In this document: positions 10,135 to 19,214 of the stretch, one piece after another
How the letters are laid out: each line of letters begins with the position of its first letter
Numbering within the stretch: the first letter of the stretch is position 1
Assembly (NCBI GenBank): GCA_900768515.1
Contig: CAAGDG010000058.1
Location: 5,663 to 69,662, forward strand
DNA from: Lentisphaeria bacterium
Lineage (GTDB): Bacteria; Verrucomicrobiota; Lentisphaeria; Victivallales; Victivallaceae
Direction of reading: 5' to 3'
DNA length: 64,000 nucleotides
Translations under genes and position numbers: made by a program
The notes under the pieces: generated by a model
The model's input: the letters and a program-made list of their open reading frames with translations, nothing else
What the model was told of the DNA's origin: nothing
Database searches by the model: none

Positions 10135-10180
10135 ACTGAAAATCCGCACCGTAAACCAAATCCTCGTAAGGAGAACCAAC

Positions 10181-10885
10181 ATGAGTTGTCCGTATCAGTG
10201 CTCGCACGAAGTTGAGCAGATGTGCCGCGTCGCCAAAGGCGCCAAGCATGGTCCGGCCCCGATTCCGGAAGAAGGGAAGTGGGTCAAATCCAAGGAAATT
10301 TCCGACGTTTCCGGCCTCACCCACGGCGTGGGCTGGTGTGCGCCGCAGCAGGGCGCCTGCAAGCTGACGCTGAACGTCAAGAACGGCGTGATCCAGGAGG
10401 CGCTGGTCGAAACCCTCGGCTGCTCCGGCATGACCCACTCCGCCGCGATGGCGTCGGAGATTCTGCCGGGCAAGACCATTCTCGAAGCGCTGAACTCCGA
10501 CCTGGTCTGCGACGCGATCAACGTCGCGATGCGCGAACTCTTCAAGCAGATCGTCTACGGCCGTTCCCAGACCGCGTTCAGCGAGAACGGTCTTCCGATC
10601 GGCGCCGGACTCGAGGACCTCGGCAAGGGACTGCGTTCCCAGGTCGGAACCATGTTCTCGACCCTGGAGAAGGGGCCGCGCTATCTGGAGATGGCCGAAG
10701 GCTACGTGCTCGAACTCGGACTCGACGAGAACAGCGAAATCATCGGTTACAAGTTCGTCCACCTCGGCAAGATGATGGAGGCGATCCGCAAGGGCGTCGA
10801 ACCGGCGGAGGCGTTCAAATCGAACGTCAAGAGCTACGGCCGCTTCGATGAGGCCGTCAAGAAGATCGACCCGCGCAAGGAATAA
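10181..10885 (+). CDS. IscU/NifU-N-like Fe-S scaffold-fold protein with a Cys-rich N-terminal extension and a ~100-aa C-terminal extension.
   Basis: GVGWCAPQQGACKLTLNVKNGVIQEALVETLGCSGMTHSAAMASEILPGKTILEA...LVCDAINVA aligns with IscU GAPACGDVMKLQIKV..GCGSAIASS...GKSLDEA...HCSILAEDAI, with all three Cys conserved. Extra N-terminal CPYQC...C. Start at MSCPYQ with RBS AAGGAGA. Confidence 0.7.
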   Translation: MSCPYQCSHEVEQMCRVAKGAKHGPAPIPEEGKWVKSKEISDVSGLTHGVGWCAPQQGACKLTLNVKNGVIQEALVETLGCSGMTHSAAMASEILPGKTILEALNSDLVCDAINVAMRELFKQIVYGRSQTAFSENGLPIGAGLEDLGKGLRSQVGTMFSTLEKGPRYLEMAEGYVLELGLDENSEIIGYKFVHLGKMMEAIRKGVEPAEAFKSNVKSYGRFDEAVKKIDPRKE

Positions 10886-10899
10886 AGGAGTCCAACGTC

Positions 10900-11898
10900 A
10901 TGAGCGTGAAATTTGAAGGTTACGAGCGCCGGATCGCCCAAATCGAAAAAGCGCTGAAGGAATACGGTCTCGAATCGCTCGAAGCGGCCCGCGACCTCTG
11001 TCTCTCGAAGGGTGTCAACGTCGAGGAGATCGTCCGCGGCGTGCAGCCGATCGCGTTTGAAAACGCGGTCTGGGCCTACACCCTCGGCGCCGCCATCGCG
11101 CTGAAGAAGAACTCGAAGAACGCCGCCGAAGCCGCTGAAAACATCGGCATCGGACTGCAGGCGTTCTGCATCCCGGGTTCGGTCGCCGCCAACCGCGAAG
11201 TCGGTCTCGGCCACGGCAACCTCGCCGCGATGCTGCTGCGCGACGAAACCAAGTGCTTCTGCTTCCTCGCCGGTCACGAATCGTTCGCGGCGGCGGAGGG
11301 TGCGATCGGCATCGCCAAGACCGCCAACAAGGTCCGCAAGGAGCCGCTCCGCGTGATCCTGAACGGCCTCGGCAAGGACGCCGCCTACATCATCAGCCGG
11401 ATCAACGGCTTCACCTACGTCGAAACCGAATACGACTACTACACCGGCGATCTCAAGGAGGTCTTTGAGAAGGCGTTCTCCAACGGTCCGAAGGCGGCGG
11501 TCAAGTGCTACGGCGCGGACGACGTCTCCGAGGGCGTTGCGATCATGATCAAAGAGGGCGTCGACGTCTCCATCACCGGAAACTCGACCAACCCGACCCG
11601 CTTCCAGCATCCGGTCGCCGGCACCTACAAGAAATGGGCGATCGAACACGGCCGCAAATACTTCAGCGTTGCCTCCGGCGGCGGCACCGGCCGCACGCTG
11701 CATCCGGACAACATGGCTGCCGGTCCGGCCAGCTACGGCATGACCGACACCATGGGCCGCATGCACGGCGATGCGCAGTTCGCGGGTTCGTCGAGCGTCC
11801 CGGCGCACGTCGAAATGATGGGGCTGATCGGCATGGGCAACAACCCGATGGTCGGCGCCTCGGTCGCCGTCGCGGTGGCCGTTTCCCAGGCGAAGTAA
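10900..11898 (+). CDS. GGGtGRT-family protein (uncharacterised family).
   Basis: Contains the literal SGGGTGRT motif. 332 aa. Lies 14 nt downstream of the IscU-like gene with its own AAGGAG RBS. Confidence 0.8.
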   Translation: MSVKFEGYERRIAQIEKALKEYGLESLEAARDLCLSKGVNVEEIVRGVQPIAFENAVWAYTLGAAIALKKNSKNAAEAAENIGIGLQAFCIPGSVAANREVGLGHGNLAAMLLRDETKCFCFLAGHESFAAAEGAIGIAKTANKVRKEPLRVILNGLGKDAAYIISRINGFTYVETEYDYYTGDLKEVFEKAFSNGPKAAVKCYGADDVSEGVAIMIKEGVDVSITGNSTNPTRFQHPVAGTYKKWAIEHGRKYFSVASGGGTGRTLHPDNMAAGPASYGMTDTMGRMHGDAQFAGSSSVPAHVEMMGLIGMGNNPMVGASVAVAVAVSQAK

Positions 11899-11919
11899 TC
11901 TTTGCCGCCGGAATTCAGC

Positions 11920-11952
11920 GGCGCTCCGTCTCCGGACGGGGCGCCGTTTTTT
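11920..11952 (+). terminator. Intrinsic terminator after the GGGtGRT gene.
   Basis: GGCGCTCCGTC-tccg-GACGGGGCGCC hairpin followed by TTTTTT. Confidence 0.6.
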
Positions 11953-12059
11953 CGTCCGGCGATTCCTGAATCAGGGAGTTTTCGCCAATCGAATTTGCAT
12001 CCCGCCTTCCGGAATGATATAATAAACCAGGGAGAAACGACGTTAGACGTCAGACAGAG

Positions 12060-12572
12060 ATGATGGCGGGTTCCGGAAAAAAGATCGATGCGATGGAGAA
12101 AGCGCTGCGCATTCTCAATTTCCGCGCCTGCTCCGAACTGGAGCTGCGCAGGAAACTGCGGACTGCCGGCTACTCCTCCACGGAGACGGCCGACGCGATC
12201 GAACGCTGCAGAAAGCTCGGGGTCCTGAACGACCGGCTGCTGGCGGAGGATTACGCGCGGAGCCTCTCCGACCGCGGCTGCGGCGCACGGATGGTCCGGT
12301 TCCGCCTCGGCCGCCGGGGACTCGGCACGCGGAGCATCGAAGCCGCGCTCGAAGCGACCGCGGAGGGCGAGGCGGAAGCCTGCCGCCGGGCACTGGCGGC
12401 CAAACTGCGCACGCTCGAACGAGAAAGCGATCCGCGCAGAAAACGGGAGAAGGCGTTCCGGTTTCTGGCGGGACGGGGATTTTCCGCCGACCGGATCCGG
12501 GAGGCGTTTGCAGAAGCCGACTTTTCCGGCGGAACAACGGAGAAATGCGACGATGAGAATTTTACTGATTGA
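12060..12572 (+). CDS. recX: RecX-family regulatory protein.
   Basis: KALRILNFRACSELELRRKLRTAGYS and three helical repeats typical of RecX. No recA in the window. Confidence 0.65.
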   Translation: MMAGSGKKIDAMEKALRILNFRACSELELRRKLRTAGYSSTETADAIERCRKLGVLNDRLLAEDYARSLSDRGCGARMVRFRLGRRGLGTRSIEAALEATAEGEAEACRRALAAKLRTLERESDPRRKREKAFRFLAGRGFSADRIREAFAEADFSGGTTEKCDDENFTD

Positions 12573-13245
12573 GGATGACGCCCGTACCGCGGAATTCATC
12601 CTGAAAGGGCTGGCCCAGTCCGGATACACCACGATCCACGCCTCCGACGGGGCGGACGGCCTCTTCAAGGCGCGCCATGAAAACTGCGACCTGGCGATCA
12701 TCGACATCATGCTGCCGAAGATGGACGGCTTCACCGTGATCGAGAAACTGCGCGCCGCGGGTTCCACCCTGCCGGTGATCGTGCTCAGCGCCCGCAATTC
12801 GGTCGAGGACCGGATCAAGGGACTCCAGAACGGCGGTGACGACTACCTGGTCAAACCGTTTTCCTTCTCGGAACTGCTCGCCCGGATCCAGGCGCTGCTG
12901 CGCCGCGCCGCCTCCACCGCGGAACCGACCACCATCACGGTCGGAGACCTCTCGATCGACCTGCTCGCGCGAAAGGTCTACCGGGGAACGGAGCGGATCG
13001 ACATCCAGCCCCTCGAATTCAGCCTGCTCGAATACCTCGCCCGCAACGCCGGGCGCGTTGTCTCCAAAACCATGATCATGGACCACGTCTGGGAGTACAA
13101 TTTCGACCCGCAGACCAACATCGTGGAGACCCGGATGTGCCGGCTCCGCGAGAAAATCGATAAGCCATTCGCGGAAAAGTTGATTCATACGGTACGGGGA
13201 TTCGGCTATGTGCTCGAACCGCAGGCGGATTTTCAGCACCGTTAA
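12553..13245 (+). CDS. OmpR-family response regulator (REC plus winged-helix).
   Basis: MRILLIEDD...DLAIIDIMLPKMDG...LSAR. C-terminal trans_reg_C (VRGFGYVL). GGAGAAA RBS. Overlaps the recX 3' end. Confidence 0.85.
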   Translation: MRILLIEDDARTAEFILKGLAQSGYTTIHASDGADGLFKARHENCDLAIIDIMLPKMDGFTVIEKLRAAGSTLPVIVLSARNSVEDRIKGLQNGGDDYLVKPFSFSELLARIQALLRRAASTAEPTTITVGDLSIDLLARKVYRGTERIDIQPLEFSLLEYLARNAGRVVSKTMIMDHVWEYNFDPQTNIVETRMCRLREKIDKPFAEKLIHTVRGFGYVLEPQADFQHR

Positions 13246-14827
13246 GTTCCGGATCGCGTTCTGGTACGCGGTGCTCTTCGCCGTGACCGGCGCGGTTTCC
13301 CTGGCGTTCGTCTTCGTCGAACTGCGGCGGACCATGCTCCGGGGAATTGACCGCGCCCTCGAACGGGGTGTCCGAAACTACCAGATCGAATACCTGACCG
13401 GGAAACGGCATCAGCTGTTCGACCGCGAAGTGCCGCTCGACCGCCTCGCGCCGGAAGCCCGCCGCGCCTTCGAAGAACGGTTTCCGGGAGTGCAGCTGCT
13501 GCTCGTCTTTGAAACCCGAAACGCCGGGGGGCTCTACCAGACCGCCTTCGGGACCGTGAATCATCAGCTCTTTGAGCTGCGGCTCGAATCGGACGGCAGC
13601 GTCTACTCCCGCCGGATCGATCCGGCCTATCATCTGCCCCTGCTGCGGCAGACGCTCGATGACGCCGCACGGGCGGAGGGCGCCAACAACCTGGTCTGCC
13701 GGCTGCTTTCCGCCTCCGGCAAGGTCGAGGCTGGCACCCCGCTGAGTCCCGGCAACGGGTTTCCGCCGGCGGACCCGGCAAAACAGACCCTCCGCACAGT
13801 CGGCCAATACCGGGTTCTGCAGCTGCCGCTCTTCGACGGAGGGGTTCTCGAAGCCGCCCGCTCTCTGGAGGCGACGGACCGGCTGCTGCGCGAATATGTG
13901 CTGACCGCGTCCGGAGTCTTCCTCGCACTGCTCGCAGTCTCTCTGCTGGTCGGCTGGCTGCTGGCCGGAAAGTTCCTCGCCGGCATCCGGAGAGTCAGCC
14001 AGGCCGCCCGGGAGATCGCCGGCGGAGATTTCAGCCGCCGGGTCGAATCCCACGGCGACGGCAGCGAAATCGAAGAGCTGGTCGAAGCCTTCAACACCAT
14101 GAACGCCAACACGGAACGGCTGTTTGAAGAACTCCGCACCGTCACCGACGACGTCGCCCACGACCTGCGTACGCCCCTGACCCGGATCCGGGGACTTGCC
14201 GAAATCACGGTCAGCGGACCGCAGGAGCTGGCACGCTACCAGGAGATGGCCGCGGTCACGGCGGAAGAGTGTGCCGGCATGCTGCAGATCATCAACACCA
14301 TGCTCGAAATCACCCGGATGGAACACGCGATCGAGACGCTCGAGCGCAACCGGCTCGACTGGGCGGAACTGCTCCGCCGCGCGGAAGAACTCTACCAGCC
14401 TTCCGCCGAAGATCTCGGAATCCGTCTGGAGTTCCGTCTTCCGGAACACGCCTGGGTCTTCGCCGACCGGCTCAAGCTCCAGCGCGCAGCCGCCAACCTT
14501 CTCGACAACGCACTCAAATTCACCCCCTCCGGCGGAACCGTCACCGTCACACTGGAACCGGAAGAAACCCAATGGCTGCTGCGGGTCGCCGATACCGGCT
14601 GCGGCATCGCGCCGGAAAACATCGAGCATGTATTCGAGCGTTTTTTCCGCAGCGATCCCAGTCGCTCCCGCCCCGGGAACGGACTCGGACTGTCGCTGGT
14701 CCGGGCGATCGCCCTCGCGCACGGCGGCAGTGTCGAAGTTTCAAGCGAACTGGGCAGAGGAACCGAATTCCGTTTCCGCCTTCCGAAGGCAGAAGAACTC
14801 CCCGGAGAAACGGAGAATGGGAAATGA
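13208..14827 (+). CDS. Sensor histidine kinase (2 TM, HAMP, HisKA, HATPase).
   Basis: HDLRTPLTRIRGLAEI H-box. GLGLSLV / GTEFRFRLP ATPase motifs. Start overlaps the RR by 38 nt. Confidence 0.85.
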   Translation: MCSNRRRIFSTVKFRIAFWYAVLFAVTGAVSLAFVFVELRRTMLRGIDRALERGVRNYQIEYLTGKRHQLFDREVPLDRLAPEARRAFEERFPGVQLLLVFETRNAGGLYQTAFGTVNHQLFELRLESDGSVYSRRIDPAYHLPLLRQTLDDAARAEGANNLVCRLLSASGKVEAGTPLSPGNGFPPADPAKQTLRTVGQYRVLQLPLFDGGVLEAARSLEATDRLLREYVLTASGVFLALLAVSLLVGWLLAGKFLAGIRRVSQAAREIAGGDFSRRVESHGDGSEIEELVEAFNTMNANTERLFEELRTVTDDVAHDLRTPLTRIRGLAEITVSGPQELARYQEMAAVTAEECAGMLQIINTMLEITRMEHAIETLERNRLDWAELLRRAEELYQPSAEDLGIRLEFRLPEHAWVFADRLKLQRAAANLLDNALKFTPSGGTVTVTLEPEETQWLLRVADTGCGIAPENIEHVFERFFRSDPSRSRPGNGLGLSLVRAIALAHGGSVEVSSELGRGTEFRFRLPKAEELPGETENGK

Positions 14828-15429
14828 GCAGACGCCGCCGCCTCGCCGCACTCTTGCTGTTCCTCTTATGCTGTGGCAGGCTGCCGGCGGGCGGGATCCC
14901 ATACGACGAGCTGCCGGGGGCGTTTGACGCGCCGGCAACCCCGCTGCAGCTCGGCGTGTTCCCGGCAGTTGCGCTCTTCGATTCCGGCACCCCGGTTTAC
15001 GGCGCCGCCCTCGGCATGCCCATGCTCATGCAGGGGAAGGTCCGCGGAATTCAGGTCGGCGGAGTCGCCGCCATAACCGGGTCCGTCATCGGCGTGACTG
15101 TCGCGCCGATCAATATTTATGACGAAAACTTCGGCATCGCCATCGGCATGCTCAATCTTGCGGCGCACGACTTCGGCGGCGGCCAGATCGGAATCTGGAA
15201 CACCTCCCTCTCCCGCGACGAAAAAAGCTTTCAACTCGGCGGAGTCAACATCGCGGCGGCAGACGGCGTCCAAATCGGAGGAATCAACGCCGCGACAGGA
15301 AACAACGTGCAGTTCGGCATCGTCAACCGTTCCGGTTCCGGGCTGCAGTTCGGACTGCTCAATTACAGCGACAACCCCGATGCCTGGCTGCCGTTCACCC
15401 TGCTCTTCAACTTTGTTCCGGAAAACTGA
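14824..15429 (+). CDS. Small secreted/lipoprotein with seven tandem ~13-aa [ILF]GG[IV]N...G.Q repeats.
   Basis: MSRRRRLAALLLFLLCCG signal/lipobox. Repeats QVGGV, IAIGMLN, QIGIWN, QLGGVNI, QIGGINA, QFGIVN, QFGLLN. ATG overlaps the HK stop (ATGA). The track ORF 14269..15429 is over-extended antisense/in-frame noise. Confidence 0.7.
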   Translation: MSRRRRLAALLLFLLCCGRLPAGGIPYDELPGAFDAPATPLQLGVFPAVALFDSGTPVYGAALGMPMLMQGKVRGIQVGGVAAITGSVIGVTVAPINIYDENFGIAIGMLNLAAHDFGGGQIGIWNTSLSRDEKSFQLGGVNIAAADGVQIGGINAATGNNVQFGIVNRSGSGLQFGLLNYSDNPDAWLPFTLLFNFVPEN

Positions 15430-15454
15430 TCCCGTGTGGAAGCATTTTTCTCCA

Positions 15455-15617
15455 GATTGCCGATTTGTAATCCGACGGCAATCTTCCGGCAACTCCCGCC
15501 ATCTATATTGGAGCAGTAGAAGGCGGAAACGCCGACTGAGAGATTGACCCCCATCTCCCAAAACTGCCGGGTTTCGGAGACACCCCAACTCCGAAACCCG
15601 GCCTCTTTTTTCTGTTT
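15455..15617 (+). repeat. Copy 1 of a ~150-nt structured intergenic element (candidate sRNA): 9-bp stem AGATTGCCG-N13-CGGCAATCT, then a conserved TTGAC..CCCCCAT.CCCAA block, then a terminator.
   Basis: Seen in sequence. Shares ordered conserved blocks with copy 2 at 15776..15962. Confidence 0.5.
15567..15617 (+). terminator. Intrinsic terminator (end of element copy 1).
   Basis: CCGGGTTTCGGAG-acaccccaa-CTCCGAAACCCGG followed by CCTCTTTTTTCTGTTTT. Confidence 0.65.
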
Positions 15618-15775
15618 TGCCGGGACTGCGGGAACGTTTTCAAGGAAAATACGCCTTTCGCGCCGGCGACAGCGTCCCGGCCAGGATTCGGACCGGCGGC
15701 GAAAACAAAAGGTGTCCGACGGCGAAAACCGGCTTTCGCCGCCGGGTTTCGGGCGGAAATGACAGAAAAAAGGGA

Positions 15776-15962
15776 AGATTGCCGATTTGCAATTTTCCGG
15801 CAATCTTCCAGACAACTTACGACATTATTTTAGAGAACAGTAGGCAGCGATCCATTCCGAATGCGGGAAACCGCCGGAATGTTGACATAGCCCCCATTCC
15901 CAACCCCGCCGGGTTTTCCGCGTGACCTGACCCCTCGCGCGGAGAACCCGGCACTTTTTTTG
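15776..15962 (+). repeat. Copy 2 of the structured intergenic element (candidate sRNA).
   Basis: AGATTGCCGATTTGCAATTTTCCGGCAATCTTCC ... GTTGACATAGCCCCCATTCCCAACCCCGCCGGGTTTTCCGCG...CGCGGAGAACCCGGCACTTTTTTTG. The terminator stem differs from copy 1 but pairing is preserved. Confidence 0.5.
15908..15962 (+). terminator. Intrinsic terminator (end of element copy 2).
   Basis: GCCGGGTTTTCCGCG...CGCGGAGAACCCGGC hairpin followed by ACTTTTTTTG. Confidence 0.65.
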
Positions 15963-15965
15963 TCT

Positions 15966-17312
15966 TCACTTTTCCAGCTGGAAGAGAAAGACGTTTCTGG
16001 CCCCCTTCGAAAGCTGCAGCTTCCGGCGGACCAGGCCGCCGTCGGTGGAAATCTCCACATCGTAGTCGCCGTAGAAACCGTGGAAACGGTTGTCGCCGCC
16101 CGGAACGAAATTGATCTCCGTCTCGGTCCGCCACTCTTCGCGGATCAGGCGGCGCAGCACCTTGTAGGCCGGTTTCGGCGTGAAGTCGTAATTGACCAGT
16201 CCGGCCCGGAGCCGATTCTCCCCCTCCTCCGACCCCGGAGGAGCATAGGCGGCGGTGCCGTCGACCAGATTCCACCAGGTGATCCCCTCCACCGCCGCAT
16301 GGCTGAACCAGAGCCGGTAGAGCTTCTCCGTCGCCAGCTCCTGGAAACGGTCGCCGTCACCGAGGGAACGGCGGCTGATCACGCTGACCTCGGAAAGGTT
16401 GACCGGTACGCCCAGCTTTCCGAAAAGGTCGAGCACCGCCAGAAGATTGCGGGGACGCAGCGGAACCTCCGCCTCCTGCAGCATCGTGTCGAACATGTGG
16501 TACTGGACGCCGAATCCGCCGAGACGGAAACCGTGCTCCAGCAGCCGCTGCGCCAGCAGAAACGAGGCGGTATTGTCCCCCTGGAAACTCCACCAGGCGC
16601 GGTCGTCGTTGTAGATGAGCTGGCTGTCCGGGAACAGCTCCGCGGCCCGGCGGAAGGCGTAATCGACGTATCCGTCGCCGAGTTCGGGGATGTCGGGACG
16701 CAGCAGCGGGAAGCGCGTCTGCGCCTCGTTGACGGTATCCCAGATGTGAATCCGGTCCGCATAACGCGCCGCGATCGCCCGCATCCGGCGGTCGAGCGCG
16801 GAACGAAATCCCGCCACGGTGGTCGGAATCCACTTCGGCAGGAACTGATGCCAGCAGAGCGGATGCCCCTTCGGAATCAGGCCGAAACGGTCGCAGAACT
16901 CCAGCACCCGGTCCGGCGGCGGGCGGCGGTAGATCGGCGGAGAATGCCGTTCGAAGCGGGGCTTTCCCTCTTCCGGCTCGAGGTCGGACCAGTAGAACGG
17001 AATCACTGCGTGGTTGAAAACCGCGGCGAAGGTCTGCTCGTAGGCCTCATTCTGTTCCGCCTCCGGGAACTGGTCCACCATGAAGGCGTTGCAGCCGAAT
17101 TTGAATTCACTGCCGGTCTGCCGCAGCCGGACCCGGCCGCCCGGCAGAGGCTTTCCCGCGGCATCCAGAAGCTCGACCCGCCCGAATCCCTTGCGGTTGC
17201 ATTCGGTTCCGGTCCGGATGCGGAACTCCACCTCGGAATCCTCCTCCAGGAGATACTTCAGAATTCGCACCGCCTCCTCGGACATCCCTTTCTCAACCAT
17301 CTTTTCCTCCAC
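15966..17312 (-). CDS. Glycoside hydrolase family 10 (endo-1,4-beta-xylanase-like), cytoplasmic (no signal peptide).
   Basis: IHIWDTVNEA (acid/base motif), IYNDDRAWW (YNDY-like), NLSEVSV (nucleophile region). Confidence 0.75.
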   Translation of the reverse strand: MEEKMVEKGMSEEAVRILKYLLEEDSEVEFRIRTGTECNRKGFGRVELLDAAGKPLPGGRVRLRQTGSEFKFGCNAFMVDQFPEAEQNEAYEQTFAAVFNHAVIPFYWSDLEPEEGKPRFERHSPPIYRRPPPDRVLEFCDRFGLIPKGHPLCWHQFLPKWIPTTVAGFRSALDRRMRAIAARYADRIHIWDTVNEAQTRFPLLRPDIPELGDGYVDYAFRRAAELFPDSQLIYNDDRAWWSFQGDNTASFLLAQRLLEHGFRLGGFGVQYHMFDTMLQEAEVPLRPRNLLAVLDLFGKLGVPVNLSEVSVISRRSLGDGDRFQELATEKLYRLWFSHAAVEGITWWNLVDGTAAYAPPGSEEGENRLRAGLVNYDFTPKPAYKVLRRLIREEWRTETEINFVPGGDNRFHGFYGDYDVEISTDGGLVRRKLQLSKGARNVFLFQLEK

Positions 17313-17507
17313 ATTTGAACAATTTCAGATTTTGCCGTTTCCATTCAGGAAACAACATCTTGAAAATCAATTTCAATATAGTGCCGGCCAGTGGGAAAAC
17401 AATCCCCGGTTTCTGAAAAAAAGGATTTTTTCAACCTCAACTTTACTTTTTATTCAGATATGAATAACCATCTCGAAAATAGAACAGGAAAAAACCGTTT
17501 ATCCCCC

Positions 17508-17536
17508 TTGACAATTCCGCGGTGATCATTCATAAT
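17508..17536 (+). promoter_or_regulatory. Sigma70-like promoter (TTGACA, 17 nt, CATAAT) driving the pilin-like/pilin-like/glycosidase B operon.
   Basis: cccccTTGACAattccgcggtgatcattCATAATatt in an AT-rich divergent intergenic region. Confidence 0.55.
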
Positions 17537-17612
17537 ATTAGTAAAGGTTGCAATACAGCTTGAGTAAAGAAAAGTCTTTCGACGGATGTTCAACCAAAAG
17601 AGCGGGGATTCC

Positions 17613-18338
17613 ATGAAAAAGTCATTCACGCTGATCGAACTGTTGGTGGTTATTGCGATCATCGCCATCCTCGCGGCAATGCTTTTGCCGGCGTTGAACC
17701 GGGCGCGGGAGACAGCGCACGCCATCCGCTGTACCGCCAATTTCAAACAGTTCGGCACGGCCAATGTCATGTATGCCGATTCGTTCGACGGCAACTGTGT
17801 TCCGATCCGGATGAAAAACAGTTCCTACGCCACGATGTGGACCCGCAACCGGGCTTTCTTCGACTGCCTCGGAACCAGCTGCGATGTCGACGCCGGTTCC
17901 CCCGGTCAGATCAGCACAAAGGACAGTAAAGGCGCCGCCGGGCTGATCTGTCCGATGGCAACGCATGGACTGGAAAAGAAGGATATCTCCTACTGCTACG
18001 CCTTTCAGCGCACCGGTTTTGACGATGACAGCTCGATCTCCGATTTCTGGGGAAGCTCGGTCGTCGCCTCCTATTCGCTCGGCAGGGTGAAAACCCCCTC
18101 CGAAAAAATCGCGTTCAATGAGGCGGTGAACTGGACTTCGGACTATGCCGGCGCCGACCCGTCCAGCGCATCCGGCTACTGGACGATCGGGGAAACCTAC
18201 ACCGGCGGTTCCTTCACCGCTTATCGCCACGACGGGCAGCAGGCGGTCAACATCGGATTCTTCGACGGACACGCCGCAAAGCTCCGCTGGAAGGAAATTT
18301 ACGGAAATGATGAACTGAAACTCAAATGGCGTTGCTAG
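17613..18338 (+). CDS. Prepilin-type N-terminal methylation domain protein (DUF1559-like).
   Basis: [34 protein letters not shown]-terminal [18 protein letters not shown]. The start at the second Met gives the canonical short leader. Confidence 0.85.
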   Translation: MKKSFTLIELLVVIAIIAILAAMLLPALNRARETAHAIRCTANFKQFGTANVMYADSFDGNCVPIRMKNSSYATMWTRNRAFFDCLGTSCDVDAGSPGQISTKDSKGAAGLICPMATHGLEKKDISYCYAFQRTGFDDDSSISDFWGSSVVASYSLGRVKTPSEKIAFNEAVNWTSDYAGADPSSASGYWTIGETYTGGSFTAYRHDGQQAVNIGFFDGHAAKLRWKEIYGNDELKLKWRC

Positions 18339-18431
18339 GCCGATGAATAACTGTCCAAGGAGATGAAAGACATGTACCTGACCAGAAGAAAGTTCTCGCC
18401 CCGATACATTGAGAACAATGCCGGGAAAAAC

Positions 18432-19214
18432 ATGAAAATCCCTCTCCGGTTCACCCTGATCGAGCTGCTGGTGGTCATCGCGATCATCGCCATCCTCGCT
18501 TCCATGCTGCTGCCGGCGCTGAATCAGGCGCGCGACTCCGCCCGCTCCTCCAACTGCAAAAGCAATCTCAAACAGCTCGGCACCGCCATGGCGATGTACC
18601 AGGGCAGTTTCGACGACTTCTTCCCGGTCTCCAGCTACAAGGGGGATGTCGGTCCATTTTGGAACGCGGTGCTGGTCAAAGACGGATTTATCGACCGCTG
18701 GGTGATGAACTGCCCCGGCCGCGGCGTCTATTCCGGCAGCGGAGCTGATATGGCGAAACAATGGCATGAGCGCGGATTCGAAGAACCGGATTCCCTCTCC
18801 GACGGGGCCTGGCGTTATATCGATTACGGTTACAATCACCAGCAGATCGGCTGCAACGGCGCCGGAAACTACCAGGAGACCGCCAAGGTGACGCAGCTGC
18901 GTTCCCAGACCATTGTGGCGGTGGATGCCGCGGCCCAGGGGAGAACCCTCGGCGACGCGACGCCCGCCGGATTCTTCCGGGCGAATCCCTACTACTCCAC
19001 GCCGGACAACGGTCCGCAGGCCTGGCCGGCCCACGCCAACAACAGTGAATGCAACGTGCTCTATTCCGATGGACACGTCCGCGGCATCAAGGGACAGGGT
19101 TCCGGCGAGACCGCGGCAAAATCCTTCTCCGAGAAAAAAGGAACTCCGCTCTGGGGATACTACACCAACGAACGGGACAAGGATATGGACGGCTCCGACT
19201 GGGACCGCCATTGA
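18432..19214 (+). CDS. Prepilin-type N-terminal methylation domain protein (DUF1559-like).
   Basis: [36 protein letters not shown]-terminal [18 protein letters not shown]. An alternative upstream ATG at 18372 has AAGGAG 9 nt before it. Confidence 0.8.
   Translation: MKIPLRFTLIELLVVIAIIAILASMLLPALNQARDSARSSNCKSNLKQLGTAMAMYQGSFDDFFPVSSYKGDVGPFWNAVLVKDGFIDRWVMNCPGRGVYSGSGADMAKQWHERGFEEPDSLSDGAWRYIDYGYNHQQIGCNGAGNYQETAKVTQLRSQTIVAVDAAAQGRTLGDATPAGFFRANPYYSTPDNGPQAWPAHANNSECNVLYSDGHVRGIKGQGSGETAAKSFSEKKGTPLWGYYTNERDKDMDGSDWDRH

Noticed and set aside
14269-15429. 386-aa ORF spanning the 3' half of the histidine kinase plus the lipoprotein.
   Set aside because: The first 185 codons are an alternative frame of the kinase gene. 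The real gene starts at ATG 14824, overlapping the kinase stop (ATGA), giving the 201-aa repeat lipoprotein.
15430-15965. Possible CRISPR array or mobile element in the long intergenic gap.
   Set aside because: Only two repeat units, with dissimilar 'spacers' of unequal length and embedded terminator hairpins. No cas or transposase genes nearby. Better explained as duplicated structured RNA or regulatory elements.
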